Assembly: GCA_018398765.1 (NCBI GenBank)
Contig: JAHBMJ010000169.1
Location: 1-55,652 of the forward strand
Origin: Chromera velia
Taxonomy: Eukaryota
Direction: 5' to 3'
DNA: 55,652 nucleotides
The position numbers were made by a program, and so were the translations under genes. The notes below the pieces were generated by a model. That model ran no database searches, was not told the origin of the DNA, and saw only the letters and a program-made list of their open reading frames with translations. Positions 39,945 through 50,837 of the stretch are shown piece after piece (the stretch's first letter is position 1; the number at the start of each line of letters is the position of its first letter).

Positions 39945-42900
39945 ACGATGGATTAAATTTTGTCTAGAATTATATTGTACACTAATTGTTACACAAAGTG
40001 GTTGTAGCTTAAATTAGATGAGTCGGTTTAGAGTCTTTCCCGTCTGGGGCAGAGGCTTTGGATCGAACCGTCGCTTCTCCGAAGAAAAAAGCAGCCCAAA
40101 CCATGGAGTTCTGCGCAACAGTGCTGGACTGGTCTCAGCGAGAGTCTTCTCTCCCCCAGTTAAGCCATGCAGAACTGCCCTGAGGCGTCAAGAGCCGCTC
40201 CCCTCAGGGAATAAGCATCACTGCTATGGTAGGCAACCAAAGACATACAGGCAAAGGCAGCAATAGAAAGTTGGAAGGTGGAAAAAGAGCAACAGGTAAA
40301 AAGGAGACGGAAAGAAAGAAAAGCGGCGTAGACAGTGCTGGTTCCTTGGAACCCAAAATTGCCGCACCTTACTTGATACAGGAGGAAAGGGAGCACAGGC
40401 TCCCCTAAGGAGGACAGCCCACATCGCGGAGGAGTTCCACAGGGCGAGTGTGGACGTTGCGTTCCTGCAGGAAACCCGTATCCACAGGGAGACGGAATGC
40501 CATGAAAGGCAGCGGTTGCTCCTCGCGGGCCCGCCTGCAGGAAGTGCATTGCAGGGGCGAAATGGGGTGGGGTTCTCGTTCAGCAGGAAGGCAGAGAGGC
40601 AGAAACCCGGCGTGCTGCAGCAAGCTGGTAATGCAAGCCGCATCGGGTGAGTTGACCTCGAAGCCATCACACTGATCTCCGCATACGCCCCTACCAGTGG
40701 GGCAGGAGACGAGGAAGTGGCTGAGTTTTACAGAGACCTCGGAGAGGCAGTGAGAAAAGTCCCGAACGGAAACCCAGTCATCATTGGGGGGGATTTCAAT
40801 GCGAGGGTGGGAGAAAGAAATGAGGAAACGGCGGTGGTGTTGGGGAGGTTCATGGAGGGGCAGAGATACCCAAACCGGAATGGGCAGTGCTTGCTCGAGT
40901 TCTGCCTTGAGCATGAGCTGGTCGTTGCAAACTCGTTCTTCCAGCACCCCCTACACCACAAAGGATCGTGGCAGCACCCACGCTCCAAGAAGTGGCATGA
41001 GCTTGACTACTTTCTGGTAAAGAGGAGGGATTTGAGCAGGGTGTGCGATGTCAGGGTGTTCAGGTCGATCGACTGTTGGTCTGACCATCGGTTTGTCGGT
41101 CTGAAAATCCGTCTCCCCGTTTGAAGAAAGCAGAAGCAGGACAGTGTGCAGCAAGCGTCGGATAAGCGGCGCCGCGTACTACCGAGCAAAACGTTCACAC
41201 CCGCGCTCCGCGCCGCACTCGAAAAGCTCCCAAAAGTCACAGCCGCAGCAACAGCCGAACAACTGTGGGAGGAGACAGCCATCACCATCCGCAGCGTCGC
41301 TGAAGCCACAACAGAAGACAAAGGCATACGCCCCGCACCAGAGTGGTTTGCAGAGACGTGTTCCCAACTGTTGCCGTTGCTTGAACACAAGAGGAAAGCA
41401 AGGGTTGTTTATGAGAATGCGAGTAGGAAGGGGGAGACGGGAGTTGAATCGAAACGCAGAGAGTACGTGCGAGCCCGCAATGCCGCAGCACAAGCCGTCA
41501 GAAGGGCCCGAAACGCCTGGTGGTCGCAGAAGGGACGAGAGCTCGAGGAGGCATTTGCAAGCAACAACTTCTCGAAGCTTCACCGCTTCTGGAAGGAGTT
41601 GCAGAGGCCTCAGGGCAGGCCCGGGATCAATGCGATCCTGGGGGAAGGGCAGAAAGCGGGAGACCCCCCCTTGACAGATGCAGGGGAGGTGCGAGCCCGT
41701 TTTGGCCGCTTCTTTGAAGGAGTTTTGAACCTTCCGTCACAGGCAGTTAAGGGGGTGACAGACAGAATCCCGCAGGCGTAGGTGGAGTGGTAGATGGATA
41801 GAATTCCGAGCAGAACAGAGGTGAGAGAGGCCGTGAAGAGGCTGCCAAATGGGAAGGCTGCAGGGGCAGATAGCATAGTAGCAGAACAGCTGAAGGCAGG
41901 TGGGGAAGCGATGATCAGCAGGCTTCTGGACGTTTTTAGGGCAGTGTGGAAGGAAAAGGGGGTGCCGAAGGCATTCAGAGACGCAGTGATGGTCCCTATC
42001 CCCAAGAAAGGCGACCGTCTGCTCTGTGACAACTGGAGAGGGATCGCCCTGCTGATCGTTACAGGTAAAGTGCTTGCAAAGATTGTGGGGGGTCGCATCC
42101 AGAAACGAAACAAGAAGAAAATAGGTGAGTCACAAGCGGGATTCAGGGAGGGGAGGGGGACAATAGACATGCTTTTTACAACAAGGCAGATCATGGAGAA
42201 GGCGCGGGAGAGGCAGATTCGTCTGTTCTGGCTGTTTGTTGATCTGACAAAGGCCTTCGACACAGTCAACCGTGTCGCCCTCCGTGCTTTGCTTTTGAAG
42301 GTGGGCATTCCCCCCCTCCTGATAGACATCATCATGTCGTTCATGCAAAACATGGAGGCATGTGTAGAGGTAAATGGAGAGAGAACAGAGCCGTTTGTAG
42401 TTGGGAATGGGGTCAGACAGGGATGTGTGATCGGGCCTCTCCTTTTCCTTATCCTTTTCGAAGCAGTTGTGTAGGAGGCCTTGCAGGGCTGGGATGGGGG
42501 GGTAGAGGTGGAGGTGGATTTTGCAGAGCCTTTTACGAGCAAGAAGGCAGGGCGGTCCGCCTTCAAGATCAATGTCACTGATCTGAAGTTTGCAGACGAC
42601 CTGGCCGCACCCGAGACGCGAGAGCGTCGCATGCAGGAGTTTGCAGATCGCCTGCAGGCAGCGTACGACAGGTGGGGATTGAAAATCTCCATCAAGAAGA
42701 CAGAGATGATGGTGCAGCCGGGGAGAGGGGAGGAAAAGCACACAGGAGAGCCATGTCAGTCTACCATTGCCATCAATGGACAGCCCCTGCAGGAGGTAGA
42801 GCAGTTCTGGTATCTGGGGGGTGTGATGTCAAATGACGGGTCTCTCAACGGAGAGATCTATCACCGCATTCAGAAAGCAGAGATGGTGTGGGGAAAGTTG

Positions 42901-43881
42901 CAGGCGGAGGTGTGGAAGCGAGCAGGGCTCACAACAAAGACGAAAATGCACATGTTCAGAGGTGCAGTCCTCCCCGCCCTCCTCTATGGGGCAAAGACGT
43001 GGGCAGCCCGAAAAGACCAGATCGGGAAGTTGGAGTCATGGTGCATGGCGCGTGTGAGGCAGGTGACGAACCAGCCTCATCAGGAGCGTACTCCTGACGC
43101 CGCCCTCCGCCGTGCATTTGGATTGCGCACGATTGAGAGCACCATCCGACTTACCAGACTCCGGTGGCTGGGGCATGTTGGGAGAATGGGGGGAGAGCGT
43201 CTTCTCCGTCAGTTGTTGTTTGGGCATCTCCAAGGAGAGCGCCCCCTTGGTCGACCCCTCCTTCGTTGGAGCGACTGTGTCCTCTCTGATTTCCGCCTTC
43301 TGGAAATCAATGAGGCCGAGTGGCAGACACTTGCCTCTCATAGAGGCAGGTGGAGGGCGTTAATTCAAGATGGGGTGAAAAAGGTAGAGGAGAGAGCAGC
43401 GGAGGAAAAGGAAAAGAAAAGGGAAGTGAAAAAGGGGCAGAGAGATAGAGATGCGAAGTGTGAGGCATGTGGACGAACGTTTTCCACCCCCCGGGGGCTT
43501 CACATTCACACAAGCAAAGCACACAAGGACCTCGCCCCCAGACAGCCAGAGCAGCCGAAGAAGGCAGTCAAAGAAAAGAAGGGAAGCTGGGTTCAGGGCT
43601 GTCAGGTGAAGGAAATTCTTAGGAAGTACAAGCAGGGAAGAGGATGGCGTTATGAGGTGGCATGGCATGGCTGGCAGTCAACATCACATGAAGCAGCCTC
43701 GCTTATATGCAAGCACGCCCTGCCAGAAGTGGAAGAGTTTGAGAAAAAATGTAGCTGTTAAGCTATTTGCTAAAGGTTGCAAAATAAGGGTCCATCATTT
43801 AATAATCTGCCGTGCGTGTTGTGACTTGCCGAACGCTAGACGCCTATTATGGGCCGATAGCGATGGCGTATGATGATGATG
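39945..43881 (+). mobile_element. Full-length RTE-clade LINE (APE endonuclease, RT, C2H2 finger, chromodomain)
   Basis: 12-bp TSD aactttttaccg (39933-39944, 43882-43893); short (TGA)n tail; one long reading frame. Confidence 0.92.
40018..43761 (+). pseudogene. RTE ORF (1247 codons) with 7 in-frame stops and no frameshift
   Basis: APE motifs GTQNCRTL, LQETR, SAYAPT, GDFNARVG, LDYFL, SDH; RT motifs PIPKKGD..CDNWRGI, QAGFR, FVDLTKAFDTV, GVRQGC, FADD, YLG; RLRWLGHV; CEAC-x12-H-x4-H at 43459-43524; chromodomain-like region 43600-43750. Stops at 40264, 40297, 40648, 41122, 41779, 41791, 42472. Confidence 0.92.
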
Positions 43882-44852
43882 AACTTTTTACCGGTTACTG
43901 ACGATTTTTTTAAACTTGTTAGAAAGGTTAAGTTACCGTAATTTTACTCTTTCCTAGGCTATCATAATGATGTTTAAAGACTTTTCAGGGCTGTTCCCAC
44001 GCGTCTCCGCGAGGTTAAGAACTGTGATACCTCCTGTCTCCCCATCTTTTTCTCTATACTGAGTCGGCAGGTGAAAGTGTGTACCGAGTTTAAGCTTGTA
44101 GTGACCGTGGGTCACCAACTCCCGGAAAGTTCAGGGCCGACGACCTAAAATCGGAGTGTGTTTTGTGGAATGTGTCGTTCTGGAGAGTTCACAAAGGCCG
44201 GAAAGACCTAAAAACGGAGTGTGATCACCATTATCAGTGTGTTATGGCCCAAGGATCTAAATACGAAGTGTGTCAGAGATATACACCCCGAGTTGTTGAC
44301 CCACAATAGTGACCATAAAACAGCGTACAAGACACTATAAGCACTCTCAGGAAGCCCAAGGGGGTAGGGAGATGGGGCAGGCTGAGGAGCGGGTAAGGCA
44401 GTACTTCTCACTTCTTTTTCAGGGAGACGCTCAAAAGGCCAGTACCCTCATTGCTGCATCATTGCCTAGAACCGGACTAATCGATCCTGGGGAGCAGTTT
44501 TTTGCTAGCTAGTAGGCCTAAAGTTCGGCCACTTTAGGTGAGCATTCGCTAGCATGCTCCTAGCTTGCAATATGACATGAATACTCACAGACTGCCCTTT
44601 GCCATTGGCACACAATGGCTGGCAGGTTAAGTCACCCCATCATCATTGATGTAGTGATTCAAAACAGAGATCATGACAAATAAACAAGAACTTCTATATC
44701 ACTTCCGTCTTTGCCTTCCGGACGGCCTTTGTAAAGTGACGGTATTAGTAACTACTAGCCTCGTAAAGTATTGAAAATGTTTCAACTAAATCTCTAGCTA
44801 AATCTTGAACTGATCATCATTATGAGGCTAGGGGTTAAGTCTTCTTCTTCTT

Positions 44853-46411
44853 CATTATCATCATTATCATCATTATTATGATTATTATTATTATTATTAA
44901 TCGGTCTATAGGCCATCATGTAATGCATGAGTCTAGGACAATGCTGTATTGTCCCTTTGCCAGACCTCCATCATACAACGGAAAGGGGCTTCATTCTCGC
45001 AACTCTAAACACCCTGCACCTAGAAGATGCTTTCTAAATCGCTGATGTTGTTTCCCTTCTGTGGGAGGAGTGCGACAACTGTAACAAAGACTCTCAAACA
45101 GTAGAGGCAGACAGGAAGACCGGTGGAGAGGGGGGACGGGAGATGTATGTGGGAGATGGAAAAAGAATATTCAAAGGTGAGACGGGAAGAGAAGTAAGTA
45201 ACCATCACATGCATCGAATCGCAGGCCTTACGATGGAGGGCGCAGATAGATGTTTCGCAAGATTCGCTTTGCGTGGCGTGTTTTAGAGGGGTGGAGTCTT
45301 TTAATAGCAACCACTTTCTCTCTTTTTCTTGGGCTTTGTCTAATTTGGCTTCAATTTCGGTTACAATTGCATTCAGAGCCTCTCGATCTGCTCTTGTTTC
45401 TGTGTATTCAGTCAGTCAGTGCAGTAGATCGTCTGCTTTGCCCCTGCATGCAGGGCAAACCGCGTCTTCCAGCCCTCTGTACGGTGTATGGGGGCGACCA
45501 TCAAGCAACATATACAGCAAGGCTGAAAAAAGGCCTGAGGACCAGATCGCAGCGCGAGGGAGGGAAACGAAACGGGGGGACGAAGGGGATGAAGGAAAAG
45601 TAAAGGAAAGGAAGAGGAGAGACGAACGTTGGGCAGTAGGATAAGACGTTTGGAACACATTCGGTCTGACGCCTCTGCCAAACTGCAAAACCGCCCCCCG
45701 TGAAGCGGCCCTTTCTGGACAACCATCAATCCATTTATCAACTTCCCGGTTGATTACTGCTCTTAAAAGAAGGAGACGGCCAACCTTGGTGGCTTTCTTT
45801 CTTCTTCTGATGGTTAGATTGACAGTCACAAATTCTTTCAATCCGGTCGACCCAATCAATTGTTGTGCATACATCATAGAGGAAGGACAATCACTACTCA
45901 TTAAAGCCGACCAGGCACCCGCGGGCATCTTGAGGTTAATATGTTTTAAGTTAGTCAAATACTCAGCAAGTCTCATCGACACATGCACACGTGCAGGAAG
46001 TAGACCGACCATACACAGAGTAGGTACACGGAAAGAGGAGAGAGACAGATTCAAAGCCCAATGGACAAAGCGCAATTGAAGGACATCTAATACATCCAAG
46101 TCTGACTTGCGGACAGGCAGACAGTCAAACGCGTATAGAGCCACAGGCAACCAGAAAGCGCATAAACACAAAATTTTTGCTGCGGGGGGCAGGCGCCCTA
46201 AAGAGAGTGCCATGCTCTTTGCATGACCCATCCGTCTACTCACTATGCTAAGCCTCTCTTCTATTACTTCCTTTAAGTCTCCCCCTTCGAACAAAAGAAC
46301 ACCCAAATACTTATACTCCGAGTCACAGACAGAGAAAGAGGGACAAGCAAACAATGTGAGGACAGATAGACAAACAAACAACTTGAAACAGAGAAAAAGA
46401 CACCCAGACAC
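44853..46411 (-). mobile_element. 5'-truncated non-LTR retrotransposon of a second family (RT C-terminus plus zinc knuckle, TAA/TGA-rich tail)
   Basis: YKYLGV motif and CPAC..DDLLH*LTEY (decayed CCHC); frame continues to 45020 past a single stop; tail (att)n/(cat)n at 44853-44899. Confidence 0.8.
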
Positions 46412-46689
46412 ACTATATGACTAGTCCGAGTCATAAATTTTCTTTCTCTTTTTTCTGACCAGTATACAATCCAGGCAGGACAGCTGGCAGAAAAGATAGT
46501 TAATAATCTGGTACAGCCTCGTAATCTTTGGGATAACTACTTCAAAAATTAAACTTCTCCATAATTTATAATTTAGGGCTCTTTGTTGAGAGTGAAACCT
46601 GAAGATTTAATTATGTGACAGTTCACTATACGTCAACTCGATAATCATTATTGAATGTCACATTATGACTAGTAGGAATTGAAAACAAT

Positions 46690-47021
46690 CATTATTAATT
46701 GGTCTATAGGCCATCATGCAATACATGAGTCTAGGACAATGCTTTATTACCCCTTTGCCATCATCATACGCCATCGCCATCGGCCTTTAGTAGATGTCTA
46801 GCGTTCGACAAGTCACGACATGCAAGGCAGATTGTTAAAGGTGGACCCTCACTCGGCAACATTTGGCAAACTAGCTCAACAACTACATTTCTTATAACGC
46901 CTCCTTATAACACCATCCTCTTCCCTGCTTGTACTTACTAAGAATTTCCTTTACCTGACAGCCCTGAACCCAGCTTCCCTTCTTTTCTACGGCTGTCTTC
47001 TTTGGCTGCTCTGGCTATCTG
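46690..47021 (-). mobile_element. Chimeric fragment: RTE 3' end (47021-46759) fused to the 3' end of the second LINE family (46760-46690)
   Basis: 46759-47021 is the reverse complement of ~43540-43878 with an internal deletion; 46690-46760 matches 44892-44962. Confidence 0.85.
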
Positions 47022-48010
47022 AGGGAGTTAAGAAGTATGAGTGTGTCATTCAAAAAGAGCTGCGTGAGCCGCCGCCACAAGGCAAACCATGAAAATCCAA
47101 ATTTTGTCAAGCCGATTGTGTTGCACTGTGCGTGCGCCTCATGGAGTCGATTAAATTCCGTGTTGAATGCAATTTATTTTTCTGAATCTGGTGAATTGCT
47201 TTTCATTCTATCCAGATAGCGACTCTGGATTAACAGACTTCTTCAAGACATAACCACTGAACATGAGTAATTATTCTTGTAGCTAACAGGGGTGAGGTCT
47301 TTATATGTTTTACTAGTGTGAATCTTGAACTGATAGCAGCTTTGAATCATTTTACTGCATGTCTGAAGCAGAGAAAACATTTTAAAACAGTGTCACTCTA
47401 GTTTTAAAAACATGGTGCTACAGTGCCACTGTGTAAACACTATAGTTTCATTATGATAGCATAGCTTTCCTACTAGTTGTAGTTTAGTAACTTCAGGGCA
47501 TCTGTGAAAGTTACTAAAGTACAGTAACTTTAGGGGGTCATAGACCCTAAAGTTACTGCGCTATCCAGGTAACTCTTAAAGTCCAAGTGTAGTTCTTCTT
47601 TATTTCTTTTTTAACTAATTAACTGTCTAATTTTTAATTTTTTACTACTATTTAGACTACTATATTATATTTTTCCAAAAGATCCATTACTCTGTCTTTT
47701 AATGAAAAATTAAAAGTGCGTATGATGTTTCACTTTCAAATTTGAGAAAGCCGCTTTAAATTAGCATTTAGATTTGTATACATCTACTTATGATGCAGTG
47801 TATATATGCTAGAGAAACATGTTTATAAAGCTTCAAAATCAATTAATCAAAACATTCTAATGAGAAAAAAAAAGTTATGACCTTATGCCACCTAGGGGGA
47901 CAAAATTAATGCATTTTTTTTTTTTAAAAAATGAAGATTTGAGTTTGTCAGAAAAAAGGGGAAGCGTTGGACCCAGCTGACCAAGTAGACTTAGTGAAGA
48001 CTTATACTAA

Positions 48011-49258
48011 CTAGTTGGGTCCTACGGGCCTCACATTGGGTCAAAAATCTCTGAAGTGAAGTGGCGCCCACTGGTGTCGTACGCAAGATATGCATGGAGA
48101 AAGCCTTTTTCAATTGTGTATCGGTTGTTGAATGGATTGCTTTCCGCTTTAAGTCTGCATACGACTTTGTTTTCACCGTTTACTTTTATGCAAGACATCG
48201 GAAAATTTAATGAGGGGTCGGAAAATATCAAATGCGCCCATTTTACTGCTATTCGGGGAAGGATGTTACCGTCTGTTTCGCATTTTAGTCAGATCTTCGT
48301 TCATGTCAAGGACATTAAGAACTTTTATCTTTCAATTCCCCAAGCATTGGTTCTTTATTTACTTTCTTGTGTGTTTGATAAGCTTTGCACATCTCGTCGG
48401 TATTCTTTTTCAGTATTGCCTTTTTCTTCTGTTGGGGGTGTTTGGATTCATTCTGCCACAATCATCGGGAGAGGAGGGAGAAAGTGGACGCCCAAGAGTC
48501 ACACTCAGCCTACAGCTTTTCTTTGAACACACGGCCGGTTCCAGAATGCATGGGCACTTTTTTTTGACAAAATTCTGGATTTTGTGAAATTGGACTTTGC
48601 GACCTGCTTTGTGGCCGTTGGGAATCGTCATGTATGGCAGCTTCAGGGGTTTGCACAAGGCTCTCCTCTGTCGCCGGCCCTTGCGAATAGAAGTACGGCT
48701 TTGGTCAAACATGATTGGGCCACAGCCCGGGGGATTAGCTCCTTGTTGGGCAGTAAGCGTGTGGTGCAAAGATGGATGAATGATCGGCTCCTGGTTGCTC
48801 GCCTTCCCTTTACTTTAGAAAAAGATTACATATGTGCAAGTCTTCGCAGGGAGGATTTTTATGGTGTTGAATGTGTGCTTGAGGAGCAAAATTCGGACAC
48901 TTTTCTGCAGTTTGAGCTTCATCCATGCGACTGCTGTACCCACTTGTTTTTTTTGCCAAAGGACCCCAATCGCTGTCGTGTGTCTTTGCTAGCTGGTAGA
49001 GTGAAGGCTCCTCTTCCTTTTCCTCGCTATGCTCATGCGCGATCAGCTGTTCCTGCACATCGTCTTCTTGATACTTTGCGTTCTCATATTTTGCGTGCGT
49101 TTCTTTTTTCGTTATGTCATGATTCTTTGTTTGTTGTAGGTTTATATGGTGTATGGAAAGAATTGCAGGAGTGTGGTTTTCTTTTGTATGACATCCGTCG
49201 CATCACTTTTGGTTTGCTTTTAGCAGCCGGTCTTGGTCACCTTCGCGATCGGCTTTGA
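48011..49258 (+). mobile_element. Penelope-like element reverse transcriptase, 5'-truncated pseudogene, no C-terminal GIY-YIG domain
   Basis: One frame with a single internal stop (48524): WRPLVS, DIKNFYLSIP, QLQGFAQGSPLSPALAN, RWMND (decayed YxDD), FLQ, and a PLE-type thumb RYAHARSAVP..RA..ELQECGF. Confidence 0.78.
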
Positions 49259-49288
49259 AAGAGAGAATTTGAGTTTTGTAGCTACACT

Positions 49289-50837
49289 TAGGGTGGCTGC
49301 AATTTTATATCGGTTGGCGTATGGTGAAGGGCGGGCATGCGCCATGCGCCTAGGTGCATCCTGGTAACTTGGTAGTCAGCCAGAAATAGGGGGGTGGTTA
49401 CCAGGTTGGCCGGTAACCTGGCCGGCCGAGTCGCGGCGGCGCCGCGGGCCCGCGCCGCGGCCCGATCGACGTCCGTGCGGGCCGGTGCGGCCGCCGCGCG
49501 GCCTTGGCGCAATGGGGGCCGCCGCGACCGCACCCGGTGCGTCAGGCATGCTTGCGATACCCGTGCGCGCCTGTATGCAGTCTCCTGTCGCAATTGAATG
49601 TGATCGTTCAGTGATGCAAAGGTCAGTCACTTTCTTATGTGGAAACGTTGCGACCCTGTGTTGTTGAAACGTTGGTTTTACTCTTGATTGAGCAGTTGTT
49701 CCCCAAAGAAGCCAAACTTAGAAATTTCAAGATGTCGAAAGGCAAACTGTTCACACAGATTCCAGCTGTCATTCTTCCTTTACAGGGCGGTGCAGAAGTT
49801 GGATCGCAAAAGCCCGGAAAATGTGCATTCTGTCAGTTTGAGTGGAAATCGGTTTGCATTGACCGTTGTGTAAGACATTTGATAAAGACAGCTGGTTCTG
49901 CTGGGTACAACTGCAAGAGCTTTCCAGAAGACACTGTGAAGAAACTGAAACAGCTTTACCCCCAGTTCGCTCAACCCAATGAGGCGTCCCCAGCTGCCTC
50001 GTTGCCTTCTCTTGTAGACTCCAAAGCATCACCGGGTACGTCAAGTGTTGCTGCATCAGCTGTGGGGTCAAGGCGTCATGCAGACTTCCACATGGAGTCA
50101 GAGCGACCTCCCGTCTCCGTCTTATGAGAGAGAGGTGTGAAGGCAGTCGTTTGCAGAAAGAGGATCGGATTGGGGAGGAAACCTTCTGCAAATATTTTTT
50201 TACAGATGTGACAGAAGAGACCCTCACAGAAGAACAAGAGGCTTTGGAGGTTGAGTTGGAGGAGAGAGCAAATGAGCCTGATGCATCCACAGAAGCAGTC
50301 AGAAGAGGGGGAAGGGAGGAAGTCATCGATTTTGTCCAGCCTCAGCCTCGGGCTGTCGTCAATGCCAAGAAGAGTCTGAGAAGAGGTGCTAGATAGAAAG
50401 TATCTGCGCAAATCAGTTGATCGATCAAAATCCCTCAACTGGTTTTTGTTCAGATATAGCTATCGCGTCGAGTTGACTGTGCATGTGTTTCACGCGTGTT
50501 TTGTGCATGTGTGTGTGCTTTCATGCCGCATGAATGTGTTTCATCAATTTTCATGCATGTTATTCGCTTGTTGTGCGTGCATATGAGTTTCATGCGTGAA
50601 AGAAAAACAGTTTTAGGATTCAAAAGTTTCCGCGTCTTTCGAATGTGGCCAAATTTTTTTTTAATTTTTTTTCTATATTTTTTTTTTCTATATTTTTTTT
50701 TAATTTTTTTTTCTAGATTTTTATTTTTGTTTTTTTTTTTAATTATATGGCCGGTAAACCGGTAACCTGGCCATTGTTAAAAAATTGGTCTAGCCCAGCC
50801 AGGTAACCGGTTACCCGGTAATTACCCGGCCATCATA
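49289..50837 (+). mobile_element. Internally deleted hAT-like transposon with BED zinc finger (ORF from 49732)
   Basis: KCAFCQFEWKSVCIDRCVRHL...CKSFPED resembles hAT BED fingers; acidic C-terminal remnant 50124-50396; clusters of ggtaacc/ggttacc at both ends. Exact termini and TSD unresolved. Confidence 0.65.

Larger units (their letters stand above)
39869..47591. mobile_element. hAT-type DNA transposon hosting nested retroelements
   Basis: 23-bp TIRs tacacttggaccttaagagttac (39869-39891) / gtaactcttaaagtccaagtgta (47569-47591), one mismatch; perfect 8-bp TSD gttcttct (39861-39868, 47592-47599); subterminal gttac/gtaac motifs and a 14-bp-stem hairpin at 47522-47558. Confidence 0.88.

Noticed and set aside
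40018..43761. Stop-codon reassignment (TAA/TAG=Gln) explaining the in-frame stops
   Set aside because: All three stop types occur, long host exons have no internal TAR codons, and missense transitions hit catalytic residues in other elements.
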